From a virus, in IMG/VR virus record IMGVR_UViG_3300013099_000017, positions 32,001 through 96,000 of that record: DNA of 64,000 nucleotides. The stretch is one strand, 5' to 3'. The notes below the pieces were generated by a model. It was not told where the DNA came from. It did no database searches and saw only the letters and a list, made by a program, of their open reading frames with translations. How positions within the stretch are numbered: position 1 is the first letter of the stretch; each line of letters opens with the position of its first letter. Of the stretch, positions 44,244-55,290 are shown piece by piece. Both the position numbers and the translations under genes were made by a program.

Positions 44244-45284
44244 ATGTTTAAATTTAAAAAATATGATAAAATTACTAATAGTTATGATGGTAAACATGTT
44301 CGTGCAGTAAAAATGGCTATGCTTGAACAAAACATAGAAGATGTGTGGATTGTTACTGAAAAAATTCATGGTGCTAATTTTGCATGTTATGTAAAGCCCA
44401 ATGAAGATTATATGGATGATACTCCATATTCAATTCAATATGCTTCACGTAATAACTTGTTAAGTGAATCTGAATCCGATGCTTTTTATAATTTCCAGTC
44501 TATTAAAGCAGACGTTAGTGAAAAAGTAAAAGAACTTTATAAAAATATATATGATGGTGATACTGCTGATGTTGATGAAATTATTGTTTATGGTGAATTA
44601 TTTGGTGGTTCATATGATCATCCTGATGTTGAACGTGTAAATCAATCACGGGTACAAAAAGGTGTCATGTATTGTCCGGATTTACATTTCAAGGCGTTTG
44701 ATATTTTTATACGTTATAATGATGGTGATGAAATGTATATGAATCCTGCGTTTTTTAATAAAATTTGTTTTGATGTGGGTGTTGATTATATTCCTGCAAA
44801 ATTGATTGGGACGTTGGATGAATGTTTATCTTATCAAAATGATTTTAATTCTTTGATTTATGTTGATTATGATTTACCTGATGTTGGTGAAAATACATGT
44901 GAGGGTGTTGTCATTAAACCCATATATCCATTTTATGACAATCGTGGCAATCGTGCTATTTTCAAGAACAAAAATGATAAATTCAAAGAAGTTGCAGGCG
45001 AACGTAAAAATAAAGTTACACAACCAATTGAATTATCGGATAAAGATAAAGAACATTTTGAATTGGTTGAACGTTATACCACAATGAATCGTTTGAATAA
45101 TCTTGAATCTAAAATTGGTGAACTTGAAGAAGCTAAACAAATTGGTGAATTCATGAAAGGTATGTGTGTTGATGTTAATGAAGATATCAAATTTGAACTG
45201 GATGTTTTATTAACTAAACGTGCCAAAGGTCATTTAATTAAAATGGTCAAAACTTTAATTATGGAAAAGTTATACAACACTTGA
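44244..45284 (+). CDS. rnlB: RNA ligase 2 (Rnl2 family)
   Basis: EKIHGANF, GELFGG, FKAFDI, EGVVIKP, FKNKN. Confidence 0.92.
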   Translation: MFKFKKYDKITNSYDGKHVRAVKMAMLEQNIEDVWIVTEKIHGANFACYVKPNEDYMDDTPYSIQYASRNNLLSESESDAFYNFQSIKADVSEKVKELYKNIYDGDTADVDEIIVYGELFGGSYDHPDVERVNQSRVQKGVMYCPDLHFKAFDIFIRYNDGDEMYMNPAFFNKICFDVGVDYIPAKLIGTLDECLSYQNDFNSLIYVDYDLPDVGENTCEGVVIKPIYPFYDNRGNRAIFKNKNDKFKEVAGERKNKVTQPIELSDKDKEHFELVERYTTMNRLNNLESKIGELEEAKQIGEFMKGMCVDVNEDIKFELDVLLTKRAKGHLIKMVKTLIMEKLYNT

Positions 45285-45322
45285 TCTAGATCAATGTAAG
45301 TTGGTATAACTTATGAGATACT
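45281..45322 (+). promoter_or_regulatory. Class B cassette
   Basis: TTGATCTAGATCAA overlapping stop; TGAGATACT. Confidence 0.75.
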
Positions 45323-45365
45323 AAATTTGTCGTTAAAACATTTAGACATTTAGGCATTTTGTGTC

Positions 45366-45396
45366 AGGGGGGATTTACAGCTCCCCTTCTTTTTTC
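45366..45396 (+). terminator. Terminator-like hairpin inside a 5' leader
   Basis: AGGGG-GGATTTACAGCT-CCCCT followed by TCTTTTTT. Confidence 0.45.
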
Positions 45397-45413
45397 TTTA
45401 AGGAATATATATA

Positions 45414-47414
45414 ATGAATAACGTATTACAATTAACTAATGCAGTCAACTTATTTAAAAACTCCAAACAAACACCAGAAGATTATACAAACTTCATCATG
45501 GTGGTTCAGGGTGTTACCCGTCAAGGTAGTGGATTGATGTGGTCACAAATAAACAAAATATTACTTGAAACATTACAACCCGAAAACACATGGTTGCGTA
45601 TATTTCCTACATATGAAGATTATATGTATGTTGTTGATCAACAATTGGAATCTACATATGGATGTGGTCATGTAGATTTAGATGATTATAACTGGATGGA
45701 TGCATATAATGATGAAGTTGTGCCAAGTGATGTTGTTCAAGAATTCAATCGTTATCATGGTATATTATGAAACTTAATAACATAGTAAATCGGCTTTATG
45801 CATTATCTCAGGCATTTAATTTAGTTGGTAATGAAGTTGTTGCTAAAAAATTAAATGAATGTTGTGAAATTATGGATGATGAAATTCAATCAATTGAATC
45901 TGAATTTGAAGATTATGAAATTACAATTGCCGAGTTAGAAACACCAAAATGGTCTGGAGTAAAACCTACTGAATCCGGTTATTATTTATGGAAAGAATTA
46001 AATAGACCATCTTGTAATATGAATAGACGGATTGCCAAAATTAAAAAAAGTGGTATGGGTTCCGATTTGTTTGTTAGTTTTGAAGAACCTCAATCTGGTT
46101 TAGAAGAATATACAAAATTGTCATTGATTGCAGATCGAGATTGGCTGAAAGTTGGAGAATTGTAATGGCAGGTATTGAAAAAGTATGTGAATATTCAGGG
46201 GATTATGATGGTCATAATATGTATGAATATAAACGTAATCGTATTCAAGTTAATCCAGAATACAGAAAATTATTTAAAGGATTAAAATTTAAATTTTTCA
46301 GATTTTTACCCAATTATGATTTGTCGAATTGGAGAAATAATCCAATGACTGATTATTGTTTATATGTACCTGATTTAAAAGGTCAGGTGGATGGTTTTTA
46401 TTACAATTGGACATATAATGAGTTGGGGATTGTTAGGCGTAAATTACAACGTTTAATGGGTGTCAATAAGTTAAATGAAATTCGTATTCCATTAGCAATG
46501 AATGAAGTGTGGGATTATTGTCACAAAACATCTTTACCTTTTGATGATTTCATGTTAAGATGTGAAACATACTCAAACGATCAATGGTTAGAAATTATTC
46601 GTTTGGCTGAATATGATAAAGTTTTTGGGAAATAAAAATGAAAATTGTTACAGTAACCGATAATTATGATCAAACACATAAAGATGTTTTATATCTTGAA
46701 ACCTTAGATGATTTGGATGAATTTGCAGAACTTAGTAATTCAGAAAATGAAGAAGAAATAAAATTGGCATTAAAAACTGATGTTAAGGAAGATAGATGGG
46801 ATCATTTATTTTCACACACACTTGGTTGTATGGCAACTTCTGTCGGTTTATCAAAAATTACAGGAGCAAATTCGATTATTGGTAGTGGTATTCTATTGGA
46901 ACAGAAACTCAATAGATTCCGTTCTTTACTTGAAAATGGTACTGCCATTATTGTTAATAAACATGGTGGATATTTTCCATGTTATGACTTCATGGATATA
47001 AATATTATCAAGTCTGATGAATATGTTTTGGATAAAACTCAATGGATTAAAATTAAAGATGATACCAAAATAATCAATCTTGAAAATGATATGGTTTTGG
47101 AACAACATTCAATGACTTATATGAGAGCATTGGATAAAAATTATTCATCTATCAGACGGTTGAAAAAATTCAATAAACAGGAATTGACTGAAATTTTTAA
47201 AGCGTTTAAATCCAAAGGTGGTGAAATTGCATATATTTACACCACTGGAATTGATGTTGATCAAATGTATGATTATACAGAAGCATTGATTGATGCAGGT
47301 ATTGAAGATATTCGGTTTGAGTTTAATTCTGGAATTGATGATAAGATTAAACAATTTTTGAATGATTTTAAAGATAAAAAAATAACATTTACTATAATAA
47401 ATGAGGTTCGGTAA
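45414..47414 (+). other. Hypothetical ORFs (45414-45770, 45767-46165, 46165-46635, 46638-47414)
   Basis: Coupled ORFs. Confidence 0.6.
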
Positions 47415-47416
47415 AA

Positions 47417-47812
47417 ATGGCAGGAAATTTAATTTTAATTCGGGGATTACCTGGATCTGGTAAAACAACAATGGCAAAAGAATTGCTGAAAGTTTTGGAT
47501 GCTGTACATGTTGAAGCTGATATGTATTTTATAAATGCCAATGATGGTAATTATAATTTTAATCCAAAATGTTTACATCAAGCTCATTCATGGTGTCGAG
47601 CTATTGCTAGTGAGGGGTTATCTTTAGGTCGTAATATTATTGTTTCTAATACATTTACAACCCAAAAAGAAATGAAACCATATCTTAATATGGATTATGA
47701 TTCTATTGCTATCTTTGAAGCAAAAGGTAAGTATAAATCAATTCATAATGTTCCAAAAGAAACTATCAAAAAAATGAAAGATCGTTGGGTCGATTTATAT
47801 GAAAGTGATTAG
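47417..47812 (+). CDS. P-loop kinase (AAA_33 / polynucleotide-kinase-like)
   Basis: LILIRGLPGSGKTT, VEADMYF, IVSNTF, HNVP. Confidence 0.8.
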   Translation: MAGNLILIRGLPGSGKTTMAKELLKVLDAVHVEADMYFINANDGNYNFNPKCLHQAHSWCRAIASEGLSLGRNIIVSNTFTTQKEMKPYLNMDYDSIAIFEAKGKYKSIHNVPKETIKKMKDRWVDLYESD

Positions 47813-48224
47813 TTTTATTATTCTGTTGTGTTTGTTTGGTGAAGTTCAATCAAATCCTTTTATTGTTAGTGATGTTGGTCAATACCATAAAACAAATACA
47901 ATGGTTAATTATAATGTAAAACGTGGGATATTAGTTGTCAATAATATTGATGTTCTTTCACAGTATTATGTGAGTGGCAAATTTAAATTAATAACAGATA
48001 TACCTGCAATTGTATTTGAATTGGTTGAATATAATTATGTTCATGAATTTGAAAACCCTGAGTGGCAGGATAAACATTATTCGTTTTTTGATGGAAAAAT
48101 TTTAACTATCGAATATTTAACTATTGATGATGATTCAAATATTTGGGATGAACATTGGAATGTTGAACTTAAACATTTGGGTGGCAATATATTTGAATTG
48201 ATTAATTTAAATAAAGTAAAATAA
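47799..48224 (+). CDS. Predicted exported protein
   Basis: Hydrophobic N-terminus MKVISFIILLCLFGEVQS. Confidence 0.5.
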   Translation: MKVISFIILLCLFGEVQSNPFIVSDVGQYHKTNTMVNYNVKRGILVVNNIDVLSQYYVSGKFKLITDIPAIVFELVEYNYVHEFENPEWQDKHYSFFDGKILTIEYLTIDDDSNIWDEHWNVELKHLGGNIFELINLNKVK

Positions 48225-48289
48225 TACCCACAATGGGATATATATTATTTATTATAATTGTTATATAATAACACAAATGGAGAATTATT
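48225..48289 (+). promoter_or_regulatory. Class A cassette, core inverted
   Basis: TACCCACAATGGGATATATA immediately after TAA. Confidence 0.7.
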
Positions 48290-48482
48290 ATGCCACAACT
48301 TAAAGTATGTTTTCCACATACAAAATCATGTTATACAGATGCTTGTATTATAATTGACACATATCACAATGATAGTGAGGATGATATAATCAAACGAGCC
48401 AAAGAAAAAATTCAAAATGAAACTAAATTATGTTTTAGTGAATTTGATGGTTATCGTTCTATTCCTACTACAATAAAGAAAG

Positions 48483-48490
48483 TATAAATA
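48483..48490 (+). promoter_or_regulatory. T4 late-type promoter
   Basis: TATAAATA before a 51-aa membrane ORF starting 48516. Confidence 0.55.
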
Positions 48491-49924
48491 GCCTATTAAA
48501 TTATAGGAAAACATAATGTCAAAAGCAACACAAACGATAATTCATTGGGGATTAATTGGGGTTTTAGTATTTTCAACTTACACATTTATTCAATTATATA
48601 ATATAATTGAAAATGATTTACAATATACCACTATTGATGGTGTTAAACATTTAAAGGATATTGATATATGATGGAAAACTTTGAAAAATATGCTATTAAT
48701 ACAGTTATTGTTATTGCGTTAATTACAACAATAGTTTCTTTCGTTTATGGTTTTTGGTATATGAAACGAAGCATTAATGCTTGGTTATATTATGATGGTG
48801 TAACTACTGAGCAAGTTTGTGAAATGGTAAAGCCTGAATACATCAAAGATGGATATTGTAAATGAAATTCAGTGAAAGTTATGTAGGGCAACCAGTTTTT
48901 ATAAAAAACGATACATCTAAATTTGGTTATATTAAGAAATTATCATTTATTGAATATGATGATTCTGATTCTAATATAAATACCATTAATAATATTTATG
49001 TTATAGTTGATCGTGGTGAAACATCAATTGAATATGATATTAAAGAATTAACCCCAGCAAAAGGAAATATGTAATGTATAGAAATTATTTGTATAAATGT
49101 CCAATTTGTAGTCATGAGCAGAATTATTCAGTTGATCGAGTGAATGAACGTTGCTACTGTCAAAAATGTGAAAAAGATGGTAAAGCTGTTTTAATGGATC
49201 AAATTAAAGTAAATAAAGATGTCAAGGTTGAACTATTGATTGAAGATGATTGTAGATGATTGTAGTATTGTCGTTAATAATTAATTCTATTATGGCAGTA
49301 TTTGCTTTATATATGTTATGGACAGGATTAACGTTATTTAAAATGACTGATGAAGAATATTCAAGACATAGGCAATTATTATTACATCCGGAAGAAGATC
49401 ACACAGGCGATACCACAACATCAATTCTTATGGATAAAGATGGAAATGTTATAAGACGGGTACGATGTTCTCTTGGTGCAACAAAAAGATTATTACACAA
49501 AGTATGGAATAGATAATGGTAGACAAACAGAAAGATTTAGTGTATAAAGTATTAATTCATCTTCATGATAAACTTAAACTCAATAAAAAATCTGAGGTAG
49601 TTTTTAAAGAATATATGGATTTTTATAAACAGGAAGAACCTGTAAATGAAAATGATCCAGAAATAATGTATGAAAATTATAAATCATGGTGAAATATTAT
49701 GGAATATTCAAAAAATATTGATTGGGGTGTTAAAATTAATACCGATGGTGAAATATCCATTGGTGCTATTATTGATGGTTATATGCAATATCGGGTTTTT
49801 ACAATTACAGATTTAGAATTCTTTTTAGAAAAAGCAAAAGATCATAAAATGGATTTTGATGATCTTGTTTGTGCATACACTAGAGGTGGGATGTCATTAA
49901 CTGATGCCCTTAAAAAAATTAATC

Positions 49925-50317
49925 ATGGATGAAATTCATTTAAGAAAAAAAGATTTCAAACTTGAATGGTTTAGCGGTACTGGTGCTGGTGGTCAACATA
50001 GAAATAAACATCAAAATTGTTGCAGAATAACTCATATTGAAAGTGGGTTAAAAGCACAAGGTACGGATCATAAATCAAGGGTATCAAATCAAAATGATGC
50101 TTTCATGAAATTAGCTAAAATGGTGATATCATTTTACCATGCAGATAAAATGAAAACACGCATAACAAGATCTGAAACCATTAGAAATTATCATGCTGTT
50201 AGAAATGAAGTTCATGATAAAGCAAGTGGACTAAAACAATCATATAAAGATGTGGTTGAAAATGGAAATTTAGGTAAAATGATTAAAGCCCGAATGGAGG
50301 CAACACATAATGAATAA
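49925..50317 (+). CDS. Mini class-I release factor (GGQ domain only)
   Basis: GTGAGGQHRNK, RITHIESG, C-terminal RSETIRNY..V.D..G.L. Confidence 0.85.
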   Translation: MDEIHLRKKDFKLEWFSGTGAGGQHRNKHQNCCRITHIESGLKAQGTDHKSRVSNQNDAFMKLAKMVISFYHADKMKTRITRSETIRNYHAVRNEVHDKASGLKQSYKDVVENGNLGKMIKARMEATHNE

Positions 50318-50512
50318 TAATACACATTTAACTTTATTGGAATTGAAACAGGAAATAGAACAACTTGATTATATTTTAAATCGAAATGATGTGGTGGATA
50401 TTATAACCACATATATTGACCGTGAAAAACCAATATCAATTGATGAATATAAACGTGACATGGGTTTAAGTTATGCCAATGATTTAGATTTTACCCAAAT
50501 GGGGAATGGTTA

Positions 50513-50695
50513 ATGAAAGTTTATGATTACAAATGTTTAGATAAAGAATGTGGGATCGTAGATGAACGTTTTGTCAAAGATCCAGATGATTTTCAATTTT
50601 GTCAAATATGTGGTTGTGAAATGGAAAAAATGCTATCCGCCCCAGCAATGGTCAAAGGCAATTTTTATAATGATAAGTGTGGTTCTAAAAAATGA
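50513..50695 (+). CDS. FmdB-family zinc-ribbon protein
   Basis: YDYKC..CG...CQICG..KMLSAP. Confidence 0.75.
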   Translation: MKVYDYKCLDKECGIVDERFVKDPDDFQFCQICGCEMEKMLSAPAMVKGNFYNDKCGSKK

Positions 50696-50831
50696 AAATT
50701 TTATATTTTTTTGGTAATATCTTATATGTTCTATTACTACCATATTGGTTATACATGTCTAAATTTCATTGGAAGAAAAATAGTTTATTTATATTAGCAC
50801 AATATAAAATGGTTTTAACGGGTAAACTTAC

Positions 50832-51416
50832 ATGAGTTCTACAAATAGAAATGCTGTAAGAAATAAAAACGATTATTATATTACACCAATAAATCAAATT
50901 GAATTATTTTGGGAACATTTTACTAAACATAATTATATTAATTTATATGATTCTGTTCTTGATCCTTCTGCTGGTGGTGATCCGGAACATCCTATTATGC
51001 CTTATCCAAGTGTACTACAATCTCATTTCAATCATCCAATAAAAACGATTGATATTCGGGAAGATAGTATTGCTGAAATCAAGGGAAATTATTTAGACTT
51101 GACAATGGATAAAAAGTATAATATAATCGTTGCTAATCCACCATTTAATTTGGCAATAGATTTTATTAAAAAAGCATTAAATGATGTTGCTATTGATGGA
51201 TATGTAATTATGCTTCTGCGTTTAAATTTCTTTGGTAGTGAAAAGCGTTATAACTTTTTAAAAGATAATATGCCCGAAGAATGTTATGTCCATTCTAAAA
51301 GAATGGGGTTTATTCCAGAACAACCAAATAAAACAGATAGTATTGAATATGCTCATTTTGTTTGGAGAAATAGACACAATAGGGATTATTCAACTAATTT
51401 AAGGATTATAAGATGA
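50832..51416 (+). CDS. N6-adenine/N4-cytosine DNA methyltransferase
   Basis: DYYITP, VLDPSAG, IVANPPF, MLLRLNF. Confidence 0.85.
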   Translation: MSSTNRNAVRNKNDYYITPINQIELFWEHFTKHNYINLYDSVLDPSAGGDPEHPIMPYPSVLQSHFNHPIKTIDIREDSIAEIKGNYLDLTMDKKYNIIVANPPFNLAIDFIKKALNDVAIDGYVIMLLRLNFFGSEKRYNFLKDNMPEECYVHSKRMGFIPEQPNKTDSIEYAHFVWRNRHNRDYSTNLRIIR

Positions 51417-51652
51417 TATTAATGGAAGAAATTGGAAAAAATGGGGAACGGTTTACACAAGAAATTTATACTATGTGTAAAATGCACAACATGACACATC
51501 TTGATGCTATTACCTTATTTTGTGAAGAACATGATATGGATGTGCAGGATGTAATTCCTTTAATTGGTTCAACATTAAAAGAACAAATTAGAATGGAAGC
51601 AGAAAAAAGAAGGATGCTTGAAGTTGAACACAATACACCAAGTCTTTTTTAA
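51413..51652 (+). CDS. 33: Late transcription coactivator gp33
   Basis: MTHLDAITLFCEEHDMD..LKEQIRMEA..L pattern. Confidence 0.75.
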   Translation: MILMEEIGKNGERFTQEIYTMCKMHNMTHLDAITLFCEEHDMDVQDVIPLIGSTLKEQIRMEAEKRRMLEVEHNTPSLF

Positions 51653-52301
51653 TTATTCGTAAATTTCCAATAGAGGATTAATATAATGTATTCAAATGAT
51701 GATTTAACTGTTGATATTCTATCTATCTATAGAGATAGAATTAATCGAGTTTTAAAACAATTTCCAATTAAATTAGTATCTAACACAACTCATATTATTG
51801 ATAGATTGAAAGATCGTGATTTAAATAATATGGATTTACGAACTGTATTGCAATTATTGTATAGAACGTATTTGCCTGAGTTTATTTATTTGGCAACATT
51901 GGAAGAAACCAAAAGACCATTTAAAATTGAAATTAAAAATGAACACATTATTATTGTGTTAAGTCGTATTGATGAATATAAATGGAAAATCAATACTGTA
52001 CTTGATCCGAAGATTCACAGTAAACACGAAAAAACTGGTAATTATCAAAAATACATTAATACAGATATACCACTTTCGGGAGACATGGTAAAATGGTAAA
52101 AAATTATTATGGCAGAAACACAAGGGTTTATCAAAAAGGGAAAAATCAACACAAACTTCCTATGCCAAAATTAGTAAGAAATGAAGTTGAAAATAATACT
52201 GAATATTTGGAAAACTATTCTTTAAATAACTTACTTAAAATAATGTTATATCTTGTCGTATTTTTTGTTATTATGATAGCAACATTCATGGACTAATGTT
52301 A

Positions 52302-52559
52302 ATGAATCAAACAAAATTATAAAGTTTATTAGAAACCTCTGTCAATATAGCAAGTGGATTTATTGTATCTTTATTTTTATGGTCATTTGTGGTTGCTCCA
52401 TTATGGGGATTAGAAATGAGTACATTTGATAATCTTGGTATTGTTTCAATTTTCACAGTATCAGCAATTGGGCGTGGTTATGTTTGGCGTAGATTCTTTA
52501 ATGCTGGAATACACAAAGCGATACACAAATATGTAAACAAATATGTAAGGAGTTTTTAA
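52302..52559 (+). pseudogene. Membrane-protein gene with in-frame TAA at codon 7
   Basis: MNQTKL*SLLETSVNIASGFIVSLFLW...GRGYVWRRFFN; frame stays open to 52559. Confidence 0.65.
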
Positions 52560-52739
52560 TTATGGAATTACCATTTGTATTAAAATTATTTTTCAGTGAA
52601 TTGATGCTTATAATTCTTTTGGCTTTATGTGGTTTATTTTTTTCACTGAATGAAACGTACCAAAAATTCTTAACAGGAATATTATTTGGATTGTGTATTA
52701 TAATGTTAATAACATTATTTTTAGGAGTATGGGGATTTA

Positions 52740-52935
52740 TATGATAGAATTACATAGATTTGATGGGAATAAAATATCATTTATAGCAAGAAATATTTTT
52801 GCAATTGAACCAAATGAATATTCAAAAAAATGCAATACAAATATTTATGTCGTTGGTGATAAAAAAGATAAACCTTCATTTTCCGTATTAGAAAAATATG
52901 AAGATGTTTTACGTGATATGGCAAGATTTTCTTAA
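52740..52935 (+). CDS. FlbD-like small protein
   Basis: MIELHRFDG..F....I..IE....T.I......V.E..EDV pattern. Confidence 0.4.
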
Positions 52936-53258
52936 AGGAAAAATAATGAATACGATACAAAGTATTGGATTTATTGAATGCAAAAATTAGCAGTTGATTC
53001 AAGAATAAGAATTGAGTTAGAAGGTGTAAAACAATCTGTTCAACACATGTTTAATCAAAACAATGAAGAATTAAATAAAATGGTCATGGATGAAATTGAT
53101 CGACAACTTCAACTGGAATGGGTTCAGGATAAAATTAGATGGTCTGTTGAATCTTGTATCAAAGAAGCAATAGATGATATTTCTAATAACTACCGATTAA
53201 AATCAGCAATTACAGGATTAATCGGAAAATCAATCGAAAAATTAATTAAGGAACCAAA

Positions 53259-54395
53259 ATGAGACAATTTCCAACTTTATATAAATTTGATACAAAAGGA
53301 AAAGTTCGCAGATGGGATATTTATTCTGATGAAAATATTTTTGTAGTTGAACATGGTTTAGATGGAGGTAAAATTCAATCAAAACCAACAAAATGTAAAC
53401 CCAAAAATATTGGTAAAACAAACGAAACTACACCCGAAGAACAGGCTGAAAAAGAAGCTGTTGCAAGATGGGAAAAACAAATTCGTATAGAAGATTATGC
53501 CGAAAATATTAATGAAGCTGGGTTACAAAATAGACCAATGTTGGCACATGATTATCGAAAAGTACCACATCGAGTTAATTGGAATTATACTACATGTCAA
53601 TTTAAATTAGATGGTCTGCGTTTACTTGGTGGTTATCGTTGGGATGATTCAGCACTTGTTGAATTAATGAGCAGAAAGGGTGAGGTTTATCCTATACCAC
53701 ATTTTCAGCGTCCAGTAGAAGAATTACTTGAAATCATTATTGATGAAATTGGATATGATTGTCATGCTATTGATGGTGAAGCATATATTCATGGTATGAA
53801 ATTACAACATATTACAAGTTTAGCAAGAAAAAATAAACCAGAATCATTTGATTTAAAATATTACTTATTTGATTTGGTTATGTATCATACTGAATTTGGT
53901 GAACGTTTTGGTATTTTAGAAAAAGCATTAAAAATTTATTCAAACCGCAATAATGGTAGTGATCATCCATTTGTATTAGTTGAAGTAACATCATGTGAAA
54001 ATGAAGATCAAATGAAAACTTTTCATGGTCAGGCAATTGAAAAGGGATATGAGGGTGCTATGATCCGTCATATAAACGGCAAATATAAAAAGGGACGTTC
54101 TGCCGATTTATTCAAGTATAAAGAATTTTTTGATGTTGAATGTAAAATCATTGGAATGAAATCAGATAATAATGATAATGCCATGTTTGTTGTCATTGCT
54201 CCCAATGGTGTGGAACTTGATGTAACACCAAAACGTACACACAAAGAACGTAAAGAAATGTTAAAACATCCTGATGATTATATCGGAAAATGGCTTACTG
54301 TTAAATATCAGGCATTAACTGAATCCGGTAATTTACAATTTCCAATTGGTTTAGATTTACGTGAATGTGGTGATGATGGTAAACCAATTATATGA
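53259..54395 (+). CDS. 30: ATP-dependent DNA ligase
   Basis: QFKLDGLR, IDGEAY, LFDL, EGAMIR, KYK, TVKYQ..T..G.LQFP. Confidence 0.93.
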   Translation: MRQFPTLYKFDTKGKVRRWDIYSDENIFVVEHGLDGGKIQSKPTKCKPKNIGKTNETTPEEQAEKEAVARWEKQIRIEDYAENINEAGLQNRPMLAHDYRKVPHRVNWNYTTCQFKLDGLRLLGGYRWDDSALVELMSRKGEVYPIPHFQRPVEELLEIIIDEIGYDCHAIDGEAYIHGMKLQHITSLARKNKPESFDLKYYLFDLVMYHTEFGERFGILEKALKIYSNRNNGSDHPFVLVEVTSCENEDQMKTFHGQAIEKGYEGAMIRHINGKYKKGRSADLFKYKEFFDVECKIIGMKSDNNDNAMFVVIAPNGVELDVTPKRTHKERKEMLKHPDDYIGKWLTVKYQALTESGNLQFPIGLDLRECGDDGKPII

Positions 54396-55165
54396 ATAAA
54401 TTGAGGGAAAATCAGGGGGGATATTTCATAACACGAAAATCCCCGTTTATTGAAGGTGTTGAATTTAAGAAAAAAGCTATTGAAGTTGTATTTAATTTTG
54501 CTTATGCTATGACATTTGGAGAAGGTGAACATCGAGATCATAGAACTGGTGGAAGTTATAATAGAAAAAAAGGTCAAATTTTCATTAATGCTTTCCAAGG
54601 TAAATTAGCCGAAATAGCTATATTTGATGTATTCAATAAAATAAATAAGGAAGCATATAATAAATTATCTAAGATAGATTTTGATATTTATGGTTTGGGT
54701 GAATGGGATGATAGTGATATAGTTTTGGGAAAATTGAAATTTTCGATTAAATCTACAAAACATTATGGAAATTTATTATTACTTGAAACGAAAGATTGGA
54801 ATAATGCAGGGGAATATCTTCCAAATAAAAATACAGATAAAACTTGCATATATGATTATTTTGTATTAGTTAGAATTAAGCCTGATGGTGAAAAAGTAAT
54901 GAAGGAAAATAGATTACTATATTCTAATGATTATATTGAGAAGGATCATTTGTTTTCATTAATATATCAAGAACAATGGTTTTATGATATTGCAGGATAC
55001 ATAACCAATAATAACTTTAAATATATAATCGAAAATGATTTTGTTCTACCAAAGGGGGGATTACTTAATGGTAAGATACCTATGGATGCCGAAAACTATT
55101 ATGTTCAAAGTGGCGATTTAAATGATTTTCAGCGATTAGTTGGTCGATTTAAAAATACTAATTAA
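54392..55165 (+). CDS. Putative PD-(D/E)xK restriction-endonuclease-like protein
   Basis: QGKLAE..D.D...SIKSTK catalytic-like spacing. Confidence 0.5.
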   Translation: MNKLRENQGGYFITRKSPFIEGVEFKKKAIEVVFNFAYAMTFGEGEHRDHRTGGSYNRKKGQIFINAFQGKLAEIAIFDVFNKINKEAYNKLSKIDFDIYGLGEWDDSDIVLGKLKFSIKSTKHYGNLLLLETKDWNNAGEYLPNKNTDKTCIYDYFVLVRIKPDGEKVMKENRLLYSNDYIEKDHLFSLIYQEQWFYDIAGYITNNNFKYIIENDFVLPKGGLLNGKIPMDAENYYVQSGDLNDFQRLVGRFKNTN

Positions 55166-55183
55166 CTACTTGATTTAAAACGC

Positions 55184-55274
55184 TATTCTTATTAAATGAC
55201 GTTTAAATGACCATTTAATAAGAATATCCATCCTACCACACCAATTCACATATTAAAACGTCATTTAAACGTCA
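55184..55274. repeat. Nested inverted repeats
   Basis: 15-bp IR 55184-98/55212-26; 55197-55211 is also the exact reverse complement of 55260-55274. Confidence 0.9.
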
Positions 55275-55290
55275 AATAAAAGCAACTTTT

